Source of the DNA: Dicyema japonicum
Taxonomy: Eukaryota; Animalia; Dicyemida
Length of the DNA: 64,000 nt
Direction: 5' to 3'
Assembly (NCBI GenBank): GCA_011109175.1
Contig: RDEW01000007.1
Span: forward strand, 1,560,236 to 1,624,235
Part shown: piece by piece, positions 12,315 to 25,689 of the stretch
How the letters are laid out: every line of letters begins with the position of its first letter
Numbering within the stretch: the stretch's first letter is position 1
Program-made: the position numbers and the translations under genes
The notes under the pieces: generated by a model
The model's input: the letters and a program-made list of their open reading frames with translations, nothing else
Told to the model about the DNA's origin: nothing
Databases searched by the model: none

Positions 12315-13633
12315 TTAAGAAATAATTTCTACAAGACCACCAAATTGAACATAATAAACTCGAGGTCCCCACTTGATAGTATGGGGACGGAGAAGAGCAA
12401 GGAAAAGATGCATAATCAACTGAAACTCCTTAACAATCCACGCAAACAAATACCGGACTATTCCCAATCTAGGATTTCCATGCTATACTGTTACACACTA
12501 ACAAACCTCAACGCCCACAATAAGCATATAATCTAGCACCACACACGATAACACATGGTACATAAACACGTGCAACATGTTAGCATGAGGAAACACCAAA
12601 GTAGTAGCCAACAGAAGACCCAATCCCGACATAAAACAAGTGATAAGTGGTTCCAATATAATAGCCACAAAGGGGATAGTATTAATACGTAATCTTGTCC
12701 ACCTGACATGTCTATCAGTAATCCCCTTTAGAGTGACATCTGAGTAGTTCTGTTGGGCAGGGAATGAACATAATAGGTTTTGGTACCCAGCATTGTGGAA
12801 ACTTCTTGAAATGAACATATCCTCATTCAAATACTGACCAAAGTACTCCAATCCCCCAATCAACTCCAATTTGGACTTTTCAAACATATATGACATTCCC
12901 GTCACAAAACAAATTCCAAGAATATTAGAAGTAATGCATACACGTGAGTAGAAAGCGCCAAAATATAGCTAATTGTCAAAGAGAGACAACCTTATCAACA
13001 GCACTAGAGAATGTGGGGTAACTAATACAGAATGGCATCTGGTGAGCAAGCCCTACTGTAGGTTGGGTCGCTTCTGGACCAAGTCATAGCAAATATTGGA
13101 GAATGCTATAATATATGGAAGTCTAACCCTTAACTTTGTTGGCAGAGACCCAAATCAAGTCATATTTGGCTAGTTCATAACCAGGGACCATATTTGCCAC
13201 CATTGGTTTATGGCTTTGCAAATATCCCCTGTGATAATAACACGGGCATCCACGTATGGGAATTTGGCCATCATTTTGTATGCCTGTTCGACGGCAGGGT
13301 CTTCTTTATCCTTGATGCACATGAGGATCTCAAACTAGAGTGAGATTGATTAGTACCTTAGGATATTCAAGAGTAAAGTAACTTTCAAGATTATCATGGA
13401 AGGAGCCATCCACACCCATTAAAGGGCGAATTATGGAGACTGGAGGGAATCCCTTCTCTTCGTCCCTAACGGGTTTTTTGTGCAAAATAAAAAAACTATG
13501 TCAGAACATTAGTGTACCTGTAGAAAATTGAAAAAGCATATAAGACAGCAAAAATAGTGTAGAATATTAATCCCCCATATTGTAGTAGCAATATTAGTAC
13601 TGGCAACATGTCGGCTTGCACAAACACCTCCAT
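12315..13633 (-). CDS. UGCG: Ceramide glucosyltransferase (glucosylceramide synthase, GT21), multi-exon
   Basis: FPPVSIIRPLMGVDGSFHDNLESYFTLEYPK/FEILMCIKDKEDPAV, RWTRLRINTIPF..LEPL and C-terminal YLFAWIVKE...IKWG match UGCG motifs. Exons join through 22-24 nt GT-AG introns. Confidence 0.93.
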
Positions 13634-14139
13634 TCACCAGGGAGTAAAATTGTAAACTATATTTTATCATAGTTTTTTAAAATTATTGTTAATTAATTTA
13701 TAAAAATAAAACTTACAAATTTACAATTTTTATAGATTTACTGATCCTGGGGTTCTAATATAAATAAATCGATTAACAAAAAGCAGTTATCCTCCTATGA
13801 TTATTGTGGATATACGTGAGGGAATATTGAATATTGTTTATCGAACATAAATTACTCAGTACCTGAAAGATACGCATAAGCTCTATTTTTTACGGTTCTA
13901 CGCTATTTCACTCCAATCTCCTTTTTGTGAAGTTTGCTCTCTTGTCAATTATAAGAAAAACTCTTATTAATATGTAATTAATTTTAATCGTCTGATTGGA
14001 ATAAGTTCAATCCTCTTTAATATTACTTTTAGTCCGATATTTATTTGGTCAATAATAGTTTATCACAAAAATGTCATGAACTATTAGAAAAACGACTAGT
14101 CAAAAATCAAATAAAAACAAGTAATGTCATTTAATTAAG

Positions 14140-14480
14140 ATGTCAGGATTGCGTGAACCTCCATCTGATCACTGCCACTTCGAGCCTCTGTCTCAGCCAA
14201 GGTCCTCCGCGATTAGAAGCGATCCTTCGTCGGATATTCAAGAGAAAAACGTCCGTCATTTTTCACATGATCCCGGAGGTCTCCACCTTTTCGCGAAATG
14301 ATTCGTACTTCCGGATTTTCACGTACTCCGCCTCGTCTTCTATTGAGTGTGTTACCGTCAGCGATCTAACCCCAAAAAAAATGTCCACGCATGGCGTTCA
14401 AACGGAAGTAATGCATCCCATCTGGCCTTTCTTATCGCCTATCACCAAACCTAAGGATTCCATTTGATAGGAAATCTCCG
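14140..14480 (-). mobile_element. CRE-clade-like non-LTR element, C-terminal restriction-like endonuclease fragment
   Basis: DGM...EYVKIRKYESFREKVETSG...FLLNIRRRIASNRGGPWLRQRLEVAVIR resembles the PD..D/K..KY/QRLSIAVQR RLE tail. Confidence 0.65.
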
Positions 14481-15360
14481 CGGCTTTGAGAGCCTGTAGA
14501 ACAACGTCATTGAAAGCTACATGCCGCAGGGGTTACCACGACAATTGTTGCTAACAAATTATTGATAGAATTTTTCAAAATATTCAAATATTATAATGTC
14601 GTAATAATGTTACGTAAAATCCTAAGAGGAGTATCTGAGGATCAAAATTGATTGTTAGGGAAAGACGTGAAAACACAGGCTAACGAGGAAGGCAGAAATT
14701 TTACATTCGTGACTAGGTAGAGCAACTGGAAATAGCAAAAAATTGTATTTTTCATTTTCGTATCTAAAATTTAAAAAGAATGATAAGCCCTTGTCAAAAT
14801 ATTACGAAATCAAGTAGTTATTGATATTTTCGGTTTTAAATTTTCGATCTTTTTTGAGAATTGAAATAATGAAATAGTTCTTTCAACTGAAGCAGATGTC
14901 AGTACAAAATCGAAAATTCGCATATTCCGAAGATTTTACTTTAAAAATTTAATATTTCCTAAAATCCATGTCACTTGAAGCTTTCGAGGGAGACACGGTA
15001 TTCGGTGACGAAAGCTAAAGGGAACGTGACCACTACACAACCAGGTCTCTTCTACAAGATAAAAACAGTGGCAGACCATACCGAGACACGGCAAGAAACT
15101 CATCGAATGCTTAACAACCCCCACTAATTACACAAAAAGACAACTACTGCCACAAATAATATAATATGAGTGATACGACCCCCATAAATGCAAACATTGT
15201 AATTCCACTAAACTACGTGAAAGCTAAATAAAGGAAATAACCCCCAGAGAGTCAACAAAATATTCTCCCAGTTATAAATTTCAGAGTGTTGCTCCATCAA
15301 ATCATAAGACGTTGTTGGTTATAGCTTATGAACTCGCTCATAATGTTCCATCGATTAGAA

Positions 15361-17222
15361 TTAATCAAAGGGGTCAACACGCCCTCTTATTCTACACAAA
15401 TGTTCCTCACAGCCAATCTACCAATTATAATCAACATGACCTCAAAGGTTCTACAAATGAAACTGCAATCAAAATAAAGTTGCACAATTTGTACAGGATC
15501 AACAAAAGGATTGAGCGATAAGGACTCCACGAAGCCAGCCATAACGAATTTGTGATAATCAGAAAAGTGAGGGGGCAGACGATCAAAGTATGAGAAGCAC
15601 AAAAACAACATCTCATCAGCAAATGAACTCAACTACCAATGATTGCAAAAGCATAACCAAAGTTGGTACATTCACCTGAGTTGAAAACAACGTCACAGTC
15701 TTCCAGTTCTACAAATATAACAACAACTCACATTAATGCACTCGAGGACCAGTTTGTCTGACATGAACCCATCAAAATACATTTTAACAAATTCCTCTTT
15801 CCAAATTTTGCAGACATAATTATTCATAATATTGTCAACAACCCCAACAAACCTCCCATAAGGTAATAAGTCCTCAATAACTCCAATAATATAGACAAGC
15901 CTAATAAAATAACAGACAATACTGATAATCTGACAGTGAATCCACCACATTCACCACAAAATCACCAACGTCGCACTCTAATCTGACATTTACCACCAAA
16001 TGACCTCTGAGATATTTTTATTTCCTGTGATCTAGCACACTCATCTGATATTGGTATCCCATAATCTCTGCAAAGAGTACAAATACTTCCGAATTCATCC
16101 AATCTAAGCTTCATGACATCAGCGATTCTTTGAGGGATTAGTAATGCCTAAAATGACAAACTCAAATACTGCAGGATGGTGACCCTGGCATATTAGCTTT
16201 TATCAAGTCAACAATGTCCCTTGTAAGATCATCGTAACTTATAACAGGAATAATCCTCTCCAAATAAATCAGATATACAAAATCACTCAGAACCTGTAAT
16301 ATTTACGAACGACAATACCAAGGAGTTACTTGAGAGTTGTTTATGGAGTGAATTATAGTGTAGTGATAATGTACTATTAACCGACATTTTAATATCCCCA
16401 GTTTATGTCCCTTATAGTAGACATCACCCCTAAGGTAAGACATTTTGATAACTACAAATCAGTCCACTCAGTAATGGTGGTGACATTTTTTTCTGGCAAT
16501 TTGTCAAAAACATGGATTGTGGCAGAAATAACAGAAAGTAAAGTGTCTGATTGGAGGTCTGTGGGAGTTGAGTTTATTAAAATTCCCTTAATTTTCTTTT
16601 ATTAAAATTTAGTGAAACCAGCCGAAGTTCCAGAAATGAAGATATCAGATTAGGGAAGCTCATATTCCTGACATCTTTTAAGGCATTGAGTAATTCAACA
16701 GTTTTGAGAGGATCTTCGCAGACTCCATCCAATTTACCTTTAATTTCCTTAAATGATCACTAAAAATATACAAATTCTATTTGGTCTGCGAATAATTCAT
16801 AATACAATTGGGGGATATGGCTTTTACTGGCACAAAGTAACGAGGCTGCCTTTGGTAAATCTCCACTTTCAATGTTCGTTTGAATATACTAAGTCATTGA
16901 GAGAACTACATTCGTTAGCTCTGAGGAATCGGCAATGTCATCATATTCATAGTCATTTCAGTAAAGTCCGTATTGTTAACACATTTTGTATTTTCTATTG
17001 AATTTGCGATTTTCTGGAGAATTTTGAATGAATTTGATGTGATTTGTATCGCCTCGATAAAATTATTGTAATTATCAGTAAGACTTTGACGACTTGAATA
17101 GTCCGCACAGTTGTAGTCCTCCTTTTAGTTAATTAAATTAATTACTTTATTCTTTGAACCATTAATTTTATATCCCTCATGGAATTTGTCACGAAAATCT
17201 GCTCACTAGATTCCAACGACAT
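15361..17222 (-). CDS. COG1: COG1-like (Vps51/COG1 family, CATCHR) Golgi tethering subunit, multi-exon, divergent
   Basis: N-terminal EQIFVTNSMRDIKLM...TDNYNNFIEA, internal LISSFLELR and QIVQLYFDCSFI, and terminal VDPFD resemble COG1 motifs. Many tiny introns; the first junction is ambiguous. Confidence 0.55.
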
Positions 17223-17329
17223 AATCAAATTTAAACAAATAATATTTATTAATTTCGAATATTTTAGTTAGTAAAATATTATTAATTCATCCAAGCTTAG
17301 TGGATATAAGCAGTTCCGGCTAAGAATGT

Positions 17330-17560
17330 TATACTTCCAGAGCAGTTGGGGAATTCCACGCCACTTTCTCCCTATTGCAATTCACGAAGATCATGGGACT
17401 GTAAATAAGAAACTCGAAAATGGAAAAGACCTAGATGTCCTCCGAAAAATCGCCTTCTCAAAGGGAGCGTGAAGGAATCTAACATGGAAGATTGTCCAGT
17501 GTTGCAGAAGCGACGAGGAGATAACTTTCTTTAGCTGGGTTTTGCAAAATAATAAGCGTA
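17330..17560 (+). mobile_element. RTE-type LINE 3' end remnant
   Basis: KDLDVLRKIAFSKG..RNLTWKI resembles the C-terminal segment at ~7010-7090 of the RTE copy. Confidence 0.45.
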
Positions 17561-18931
17561 GTGGATATTCTTGTCCGGATGTGACTTGTGGGACCTCCCA
17601 GCACTCTTGATTGAACGCCTGATGGCAGCTAGCTTCCTACATGTCAGGAAGGTCAAGGTAACTAACTCTTGCTGTCGCTCGATTCCACACTATTACCTAC
17701 CTGGTTTAACGATTCCTTTCTGGCCTTTGCTCTCTTCAATTCCTAAGAGGTATCAAATGATCAAGCCGTCAAGAGAAAAGCCATGTGCCTTGCCAGCATC
17801 CAAAAAGGATCTCGTTCTTCCTTACTCTAATGAAGGAGTTCTAAAATGGCGGATATGGGTGGGAGTGATGCTGTCTGGTATATCCAAGGTTTTTAACTTA
17901 AATTAATTCACCCTTAACGCGGCGTCACGTGGTTTATCAGTAATGTAAATTTTAGTGGCGCCCAGAGGGCATCTACTCCGCCTAAAAAGAACCATTCACT
18001 TTACCGTTAGAGAATCCTCATCACTGGCAACTTGTTCATTGCTGCTTACCCGTTTATTGATAGTGTGATTAGTTAGTTGGGGTCTACAGTTGTATTTGGT
18101 ATTTTCAATTTCATTAAGCACTAGACCGGTTACCCAAATAGTTAATTGACTGGAAAGTTGAGATGACGTACCTCCATGGTGAAAAACTGGAACAAAAATA
18201 TTTTTTAAAGTCTTTTTCATAGAGGAGTGTAATGTTTCCACTACTAACTCCCACTTGGCAAACACACTCCCGCACTCCACTTGAGGGGTTTCCTCAATTA
18301 CAAAGAATGAAAATGAATTAAAACAACAAGTTATGGAATAGGTAACTACCAGTCCGCCGGTTGGCCTGGACTGTTCATCCGGGTACCCCTTATCCTTGAT
18401 ATCTATCCAATTACTTGTCTAGTCCCATCTCCAGTTAGTTCTACCTTGCAGGTCCTTTCCCCAGTATGTTCTTCCACTGTGGTCCCAATCCGTCCTGTAG
18501 GGACCAATAATGTGGCTAACAAAATCCCGTGTAGATCCCAATTCGAATGTAGGGAACAAATGGTGTGGGTACCCCCAGGTAGGTCTCAACTCCAGTATGT
18601 ATTTCCACATTAGTCCCCGTATTTTTCCTTTTATACTGTTCGTCGAACTTGTGTGACGTCGAAGGACTCTGTTTCTGTAACAGTAGAAACTCGGTACACT
18701 TAACTATCGAATAAATACTTTTCCCATTAGTAGTACTGATTATATATGGGATTATAACCATAAAATGGTCATAATCCCATATAACAAAAATCAATAGTGA
18801 CCTCGATGGATGTAATGGCAATCGATAAAGCTGACCACAAATAATTAAAAGTGCGTTCTATTGTAAACCAGTTATTCGAGGTAATAAATAGTAAAATCTG
18901 TTAGCTGTGCCGTTATGAGCAATTATATAAT

Positions 18932-19853
18932 ATGCAAACAAAATGTCGAGAAAAAATATCAGTATTTTTCTGGTGAACATAAATCAGAATTAGAAAAACT
19001 CAAGGCACTTCAACAAATTTACAGCAGACGAAGGTAGGGTTAATATAACTTTGAAGGATTGGCCAGAATAATCAGATCACGGATGAATATTCTCTTAAAT
19101 GGAGAAAACTCGTGACACACATGCAGGAAGACATCGTCAGAGAAAATCAGGAGACATATCGAAGGAAAAAATGCAATCAAGAGAGTGTACTACCAACTCT
19201 AATCCATTAGGCAGAGAATGAGAACAAGAAATTGGGAAAGATCATCAAAAAGTTCCCTCGAATATCGAAAATATTCGAAGGTCATTTCAAATCGGAACCT
19301 AGACCAAAGAAAAAAACGTCAAATCAAATTTTCACGGCTGAAAAACTCTTCTCCCCTCATGACTTTGATCTCCTCAATTCTCCGGTGACTGACAAATCTA
19401 GGGTATAATCAGTAATCATCAGACAAACATTCTACGACTTCCGTTAGGGAACTCAAACTGGCTATTGAATGATGGGATTCCTTTCCGTGGCGATGAACAG
19501 GTCTTAACGGACACCCTCATTAAAATTCACTCCAATCAAAACTACTCTTTCACCAATAAGGATTATCGAGAGTCACTCGAAAAGATACAAGAACAAGTGA
19601 TTTTTATGATCTATTTAGGAAAGCGAGGAGGAAAAAGTTTGGGATAAAAAAGAATCCAAAGTTCAGTCAAAGAGCACAAACAGACCTTACACACAAACCA
19701 AAAAATTTGACTTTCCTCCACTTTTTTACGCCGTGGAGAGAATAAAATTGCAAAGACAGATTAATGAAAAAAATGGTTTGTACATGCTTGATCCCTTTAT
19801 GAAAAGACATTGAACGAGTTCGCTTGCCCCGACTTAAACTTAACATTGACTAA
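18932..19853 (+). CDS. Uncharacterised hydrophilic protein (~260 aa), multi-exon; true start uncertain
   Basis: Removing five GT-AG introns of 20-31 nt (e.g. gtagggttaatataactttgaag, gtataatcagtaatcatcag, gtgatttttatgatctatttag) gives one open frame, MQTKCREK...ERVRLPRLKLNID*. No family recognised. Confidence 0.65.
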
Positions 19854-19864
19854 CAAAATTTATT

Positions 19865-22800
19865 TTACAACAAAATCAAGGTTCGGTAAGATGTTCGTAT
19901 ATTATATGACCTATGTTCTTGCATTCGTAATATAAAAATATCTCCCTCCCAATATTCAGCATAGTTGACTCTGCGATTAATAGAGCCCACCACCGATATT
20001 AAAATTTCTGGATGACTGTTTTCTGGCCATGAAAATATGCTGAGCGCAATTGACATATCTGTGACTGATGATTAGCCCAATGAGCAGTCCGACCACTTCG
20101 TTGTTTCTGAGTGCCTTTAAATTATCAGATAATAGACAAGGATCGTAAATACTCCGCCATTTTCTGATAAACTCAGGGAGTCAGTCGTATCGTTAAACAT
20201 TGTCAATATTTGATTGACTTGTTGACGGTGGTATTTTGGGGAAAAAATAACATACGAAACCGTTTGGCGGGTCGTGATCAGGCAGATCCCATTTTCATCC
20301 TCCTGTGGTTTCAACTTCTTTATAGCTTCTTTAACATCCAATGTAATCACAGTCATGATCGAATAATTGTACTTCAAGTAATTATCGATATATTTTGCGC
20401 GTAGCTTTGATTTTACCGGAAGATCTGCCTCAGAGAACAAAGATGCTTTAACAGTAACTTCATTGTATTTGTTAATATCCAAATAATTCATTTTCTCCAC
20501 CTAAAATAGTAAATAATAATACAGTTTCCGTCCGACTTTCATAAAATACTAGATAAATCAGCTCCATCATTAGTTTGTGGCCAATCTCTACAAAATCATT
20601 ATTTTGGGGGACCATCGTCAAAGTCGTGGTCTAGGATTCTCCCAAAGTTTCTAAATCCCGTACTTCCGATGAAGACGGTGGTAGATTGGACTAGTTTGTC
20701 ACATTTATACCCCTTCTTTAACAACTCAACCACTTACCATGATTGTGAACACTCCCTTAGAATTACAAAGCAAAATATTCTTTAATTTAATTCTTCTGGC
20801 ATTCTTTTTCTCGTGAATTTTGTGGACGTCACTCAAGGATGTGGCCAGTTTGAAATAATAACTGCTAAATGACTGGCGTCTCGTTCTCACGAATTCTTCC
20901 ATGATAGTATTCAATAAGCACGTGGATAGGCACACGTTGATGAAGTTCTTTATGTAGTAATTGATCTTTTTATAAAGTAGAAAGTCTAAATAGTGTTCCT
21001 GTGAAAAAATGGTCAAATATTTGATTTCCCTCGACAAAATTACAGAGCATTCGTTTATGTATGACGACACTTGGTGGTTTGTGACGTTTCCGTAGACCAC
21101 TTCTTTTTCGGTATTTTCATATTTTTCGATTTCCTCAAATGTCACAAATCATTACTTTTGTCAATTCTTGCCTATTAATGCTAAACATGAACACGTTGTT
21201 CGTCGTCATTGACTCTCCGTTCACGTGGAGAAGGAAAATGGGGAAATATTTCATAAAAAACAGGACATTCTCGTTAAACTTGTTAATGTCGATTAAAACC
21301 TCAAATAAATCGAATACCCACCTTTTTGACGTGAATATTCGCGAAATAAGTGGAGATCTTGGTAACCAAAATGCGGGGTACACTTTCCATGACTCGATAC
21401 TTCTTCTTTACTAGCAAGAGGAGGATTTTCCCGACTCTTTCGGAATTTATGTCAACATATGTGGCTATAATAATCCCCGCCAGGTCATTATCACTGTACG
21501 CCACGATCACTATTCCAAAGAAGTCATTCCTCATCAACTCGTCGAGTATCATTTCACTCTCATTTAAGTTCTTCCTTAGTAGTTTCATCACATCTTTCTT
21601 GAAGTACGAATAATTGAAGAGATAGTAGGATATTTTATATACCTCCAATAATAAGTATTTCGCTCTTCCGTGGTCATTTTTTTGTAAAGGCACGTGGTTA
21701 ACTTGAAGTGGCAAAATTGTTTCCATATTTTTGGATGAAGCGAAAAATCCAGTTTGAATAAATTTCAGATACGCACTCTCGTTGAAATAAACAGGCAAGA
21801 TTAAGGGGACAAGAAAGTTTTGGTCTCCACAAGATCTTTGTTTTTGGTTAATTTACGATTTGCTAAGGACGGAAGCATGCTTTTGTCGTCAGAACAGTAA
21901 AAGTAGCATTTTTCGAGATATTCCCTGTCAATCCTTTTGGCGTAACTGGGTTCTTCCTCCTAACAACATTACATGAATTTACATTTATGTTGATCCCCAA
22001 AATGGTATGTCAATCTGCAATCAAACAAAGTACAACTTTGTGGAGATCAAATTCAGTAAGTTGGTACGAATAAATAACAAAATTGTCATTAATCATAGTT
22101 TTCGGCAAATTAGTGTGATCCATGATATAGCTCATGTCCCCCGTTGTAGCAAATATAGCCTGGAGTAATGTACAAGCCATACATGAATGCAATCGTACTG
22201 GGTCAGCAAAACGGTGATGTTTCGTAGAAAAAGGTTAACAGGTTCCTTAATGTTTGCTCTGTTGAGTTCAGCCTTTAATATAATCACTCGTCCGATATTC
22301 CACAATAATCTCTGTGAGACTATTATCTCTGCTATCAGTTCCGTCTTGTTGGGTCTATACTAAGGTATGAGAACGTGAAAATACGGAAACTCTGATGTGA
22401 GTGATAGTTCTGTACCTACCCAACTCCACCACGTCAAAATAACATTTTGTGTCTCTTGATTCGTCAGTTACATAATTTAGTGAAACATAATTCTCTGATA
22501 GGTTAAGAATACTTTTATCCTCATCGCTGATTTTAACGGTTTTCTCATCAAAACTGAAGGAATTGGCAAATCGTCGTATGTCCGAGTTATACATTAGAAA
22601 ATCAGTCATTCTGTAGCACTTTGTCAACAAACACTCGGATATAACGTCAGCGACAAAGTAGTCGACCATATAGGAAGGAGATTCAAATACCATTTCAGGA
22701 TCCCCGAATACTTGGGTGATTTGATAAGTACGTGAGAACAAATAAGGCTTCACTAGGTACGTGGTTAAATTAATTATATAATCTTGTGAGTGAAGTAACG

Positions 22801-22900
22801 TGCATATAAAATAGTCAATGAGAGTGTCTTTATCACATTCAGTGCACTGTGAGATCAAATTTCTAGTTTCATCCAGTTTGCTTAAGTAATTTTCAAACAT
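19865..22900 (-). CDS. Multi-exon locus encoding a protein (or adjacent proteins) with at least two GNAT acetyltransferase-like domains
   Basis: GIVIVAYSDNDLAGIII...ILLLLVKKKYR...KK/VLIDINKFNENVLFFMKY and ILALRNNEVVGLLIG...HIFMARKQSSRNFNIGGGL after removing 22-23 nt introns. The frame cannot be closed by eye at ~21800-22030 and ~19980. Confidence 0.55.
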
Positions 22901-23214
22901 TCGGGTTTTTTTACTCCATACTGTTTATATATAATTATTACACAATTTCGTAAAATCGACCAATCAACCCTAATATTATATAATTACCTTTCCAATTTCA
23001 CGATGACGGCCACTAGCCTGGGTCAGCTCAGCAGGAGCCGAAACTCTTGAAGAAAATGTAAGCGACCTTAGAGGATAGTTCGTTTAAATCCGTACCTTCC
23101 TACGTGCTATTGGATCGATGAGGGAAACCGAGATGGGGGACAACTGATTGAGAACATTTCATACAAGGGGGAATGTAATCGCAATCCGGGGTACTTACTA
23201 ATTAACTCACCTTG

Positions 23215-23440
23215 AAGACATTTTCTAATTATTCTCACATAGTTTTTTCTAGTTTCTGCAAAGAACCCGCTGGCCTTCAATGGAATCTGATTCGTTTTTG
23301 TTCTTTGAATAGTTAAGCTATATACATGTTCTTGAATTCCATTCCATTATCTGATTGCCAAAATTTGTATGGAGACATTCCATAAAAATATCCCCTAAAT
23401 TTTGGGATACTTTGATCGCACTTTTATTTTAAAGATTCCT
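23215..23440 (-). mobile_element. rve-type integrase core fragment (Gypsy/Ginger-like), degenerate
   Basis: YFYGMSPYKFWQSDNGMEFKN matches the FG.P..LQSDNG.EF.N integrase motif. Confidence 0.6.
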
Positions 23441-23449
23441 TGTAATCTT

Positions 23450-25210
23450 CATATTTCCGAATAGACGTCGATTACTCCTAGCAACCAAGAAAAATGATAA
23501 TTCAAATCGTCATAATGTTTCAGTCGCACTGCAAACCTGAATGTGTCGTAGTCCTTTACTATTTGCCGAATGATCTCCCGTTTGATGAACAAATCTTTTG
23601 TGACACGATGGATCCAAAGCATTATGTCCACAATGGTCCGTGGATCTCTCAGGCGTGTTCCAAAACGAGCTTTTCTTCTTACATTCCAGCGTTCTTGTAC
23701 TTGTAATCAGTCCCAACTTTTCTGGATAGCAAGTCGTCTGGGAATTCTGGCCTTCACTCAACATTTCAATGCATTCCTTAAGTAAGAAAAAAGAGACATG
23801 TGAATCCAGGGAGGATATCATCTCTGTGAAAGCTTTTACTTTTCCTTTGTTGCGGAAATGGTTTTCCAACTCAGCATCTTCAAGTGGACATCTGAGCAAG
23901 TTTATCCTGCCAAAGAAGTCATGGTGATCTCTGGTAATAAGGGTGGTTCGCAACTGAGAATATGACAAGATGTTGACCAGTTCCGACTTCTCAATGTTGA
24001 CACTCAAGCCCAATTCGCCTAGGGTTGGAATAACCGAAAAAATATCATGATATTCGTATGATGGGTGTAAAAAGCCATTTTTTTGAAGCTCTCATCCAGT
24101 AAGCCTCCAAAATACAGTCTATCCTTAACGAGTTGAAGGCATTCGATATATCGAGCTTCAGGCCTAGGAATCGCGCACGGGACATTTTTCCACTGAAATA
24201 ACTTCCTTTCGCTACAAGGATTACTTCACATCCACACCCACTTCAATTTGAGCCAACGAGAGCTTTCGCCGATCCTAGGAGAGATTTTTCCAGGCCTCGA
24301 TTTTAGCAGCTAGCCCTCGGAAGTATGTTCCAATCGAAATTAAAAAACTCCCACATCTCCCTTTCAGAATGCCAATAGATGTTTTTAAAAAAAATCTGTA
24401 GCAAATGTGGGAACGACTCTGTTAATCATTAGCGCAAGCAGTCGGTGATAGACGTGATAAGAGCTCGGCAACCTTAGCAGTAGTCTCTGAAATTAAATCT
24501 TTTACTTATCCTTCAAAAACCTCCGTTACTGCTGGGTACAAACGACTTTATTCTTCGTATCACTTCGTTTTCGGTGATCAATTACCAGGGGATCTTCTGA
24601 TAGCGTTAGGTGACTGTGGTTCGAAGGTGGATCAGGGAATACTTTCTCTCAGTAACTCCAAGACTGTTGGACATGTTTACAAGTGTTTCGTCACTAAACA
24701 CAACCTTATAGCTGCAGACGGCCTCCTTCCATCAGTTTTCGTCTTGCTTTCGGAGACAAGTGTTCCCCCCGATGTACTTGTTCAGCCTCGATTTCCAAAA
24801 TTTTCTGCACTAGCGAGGACAATACCACAGATGTGTTCGTTTTTATTTTCGAGGCCAATGATTCGTTATGACATTTTCCGGGGCAGTAATACCGAGGATC
24901 ATAGGTACGAAGCTTAGTAGCCGTTGTCAAGAGGTCTGGCCATTGATACTCATGGATTTATCGATTAAGGACGTGAGGCATTTCGCAGCAGGGGTGCGAG
25001 TAGCCTTTAGTGAAATTCGTCTAGCTTTCAGACTCTATGATAAGTGTAGAAAAGGGGGTTCATTGCTTCAGGAACCGGAAAATTGGTTACTTAGAAAAAT
25101 TGGCGGTTTCAAATGGGATCAACATCCATGCAACATACGCAGTCCCATTTGTAGAGGGATCCACTGCAAGTTTCTCACAAATCCGACGTTAAAAATCTCC
25201 GTATGACGTG
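23450..25210 (-). mobile_element. CRE-clade-like RLE non-LTR retrotransposon, degenerate ORF
   Basis: ISIGTYFRGLAAK, LKLDISNAFNSLR, LGLSVNIEKSEL, LDSHVSFFLLKEC and DHCGHNAL follow the order seen in CRE-type RT plus zinc knuckle. Confidence 0.75.
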
Positions 25211-25689
25211 CAGTTAAGACCATATTTTTCATATGTTGCAATGACTACAAGATGCAAACTCCACCTCCAATCTTACAGGTAGAACGTGAGCTTCTGCTTC
25301 TCTATTATTGGTTCATTCAGTGGTTTTCGGTATCCTTTCATCTTCTTTTCTTTTTCTGCCTTCATTGCAGAGAAGTCACACCACCTTTAGTTATTTTTTA
25401 AATATACGAATCCCTCCAGGAAAACTATCATTTCGTTCCTATAGCAATGGAGACTTCAGGGGTTATGGGTAAGATGACGGTCGGACGAAAGATCATTTTG
25501 AAGAGAAGCGAACCCCGCGAAGGACATTGGCTTAGACATGCAGTAATCAGAGAGAACGCACACGTGATTCTGGCCTCTTAGTTAAAGGACTTTGTTTTAA
25601 TAATAAATGCGTTCAATAATGAAAAAATACCAAAATTTCTTAATAAAAAAGTGATGCTGTGTGGTTTTGTTGTGCGTAAAATTGTATCG

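Noticed and set aside
15170-15363. Possible TAA=Gln recoding extending the COG1-like ORF past VDPFD*
   Set aside because: UGCG, SLC35B2, Rab and TRAM1 end at TAA in the expected positions, and long genes contain no in-frame TAA; the standard code fits.
17600-17900. Tyrosine-recombinase-like ITPTHIRHF motif on the minus strand
   Set aside because: A single short motif amid stop codons, with no other catalytic residues or DIRS/Crypton context.
23005-23050. GCTC-AGCAG-GAGC-CGAAAC hairpin, hammerhead-like
   Set aside because: The upstream core is CTGGGTCA rather than CTGANGA, and stems I and III cannot be formed.
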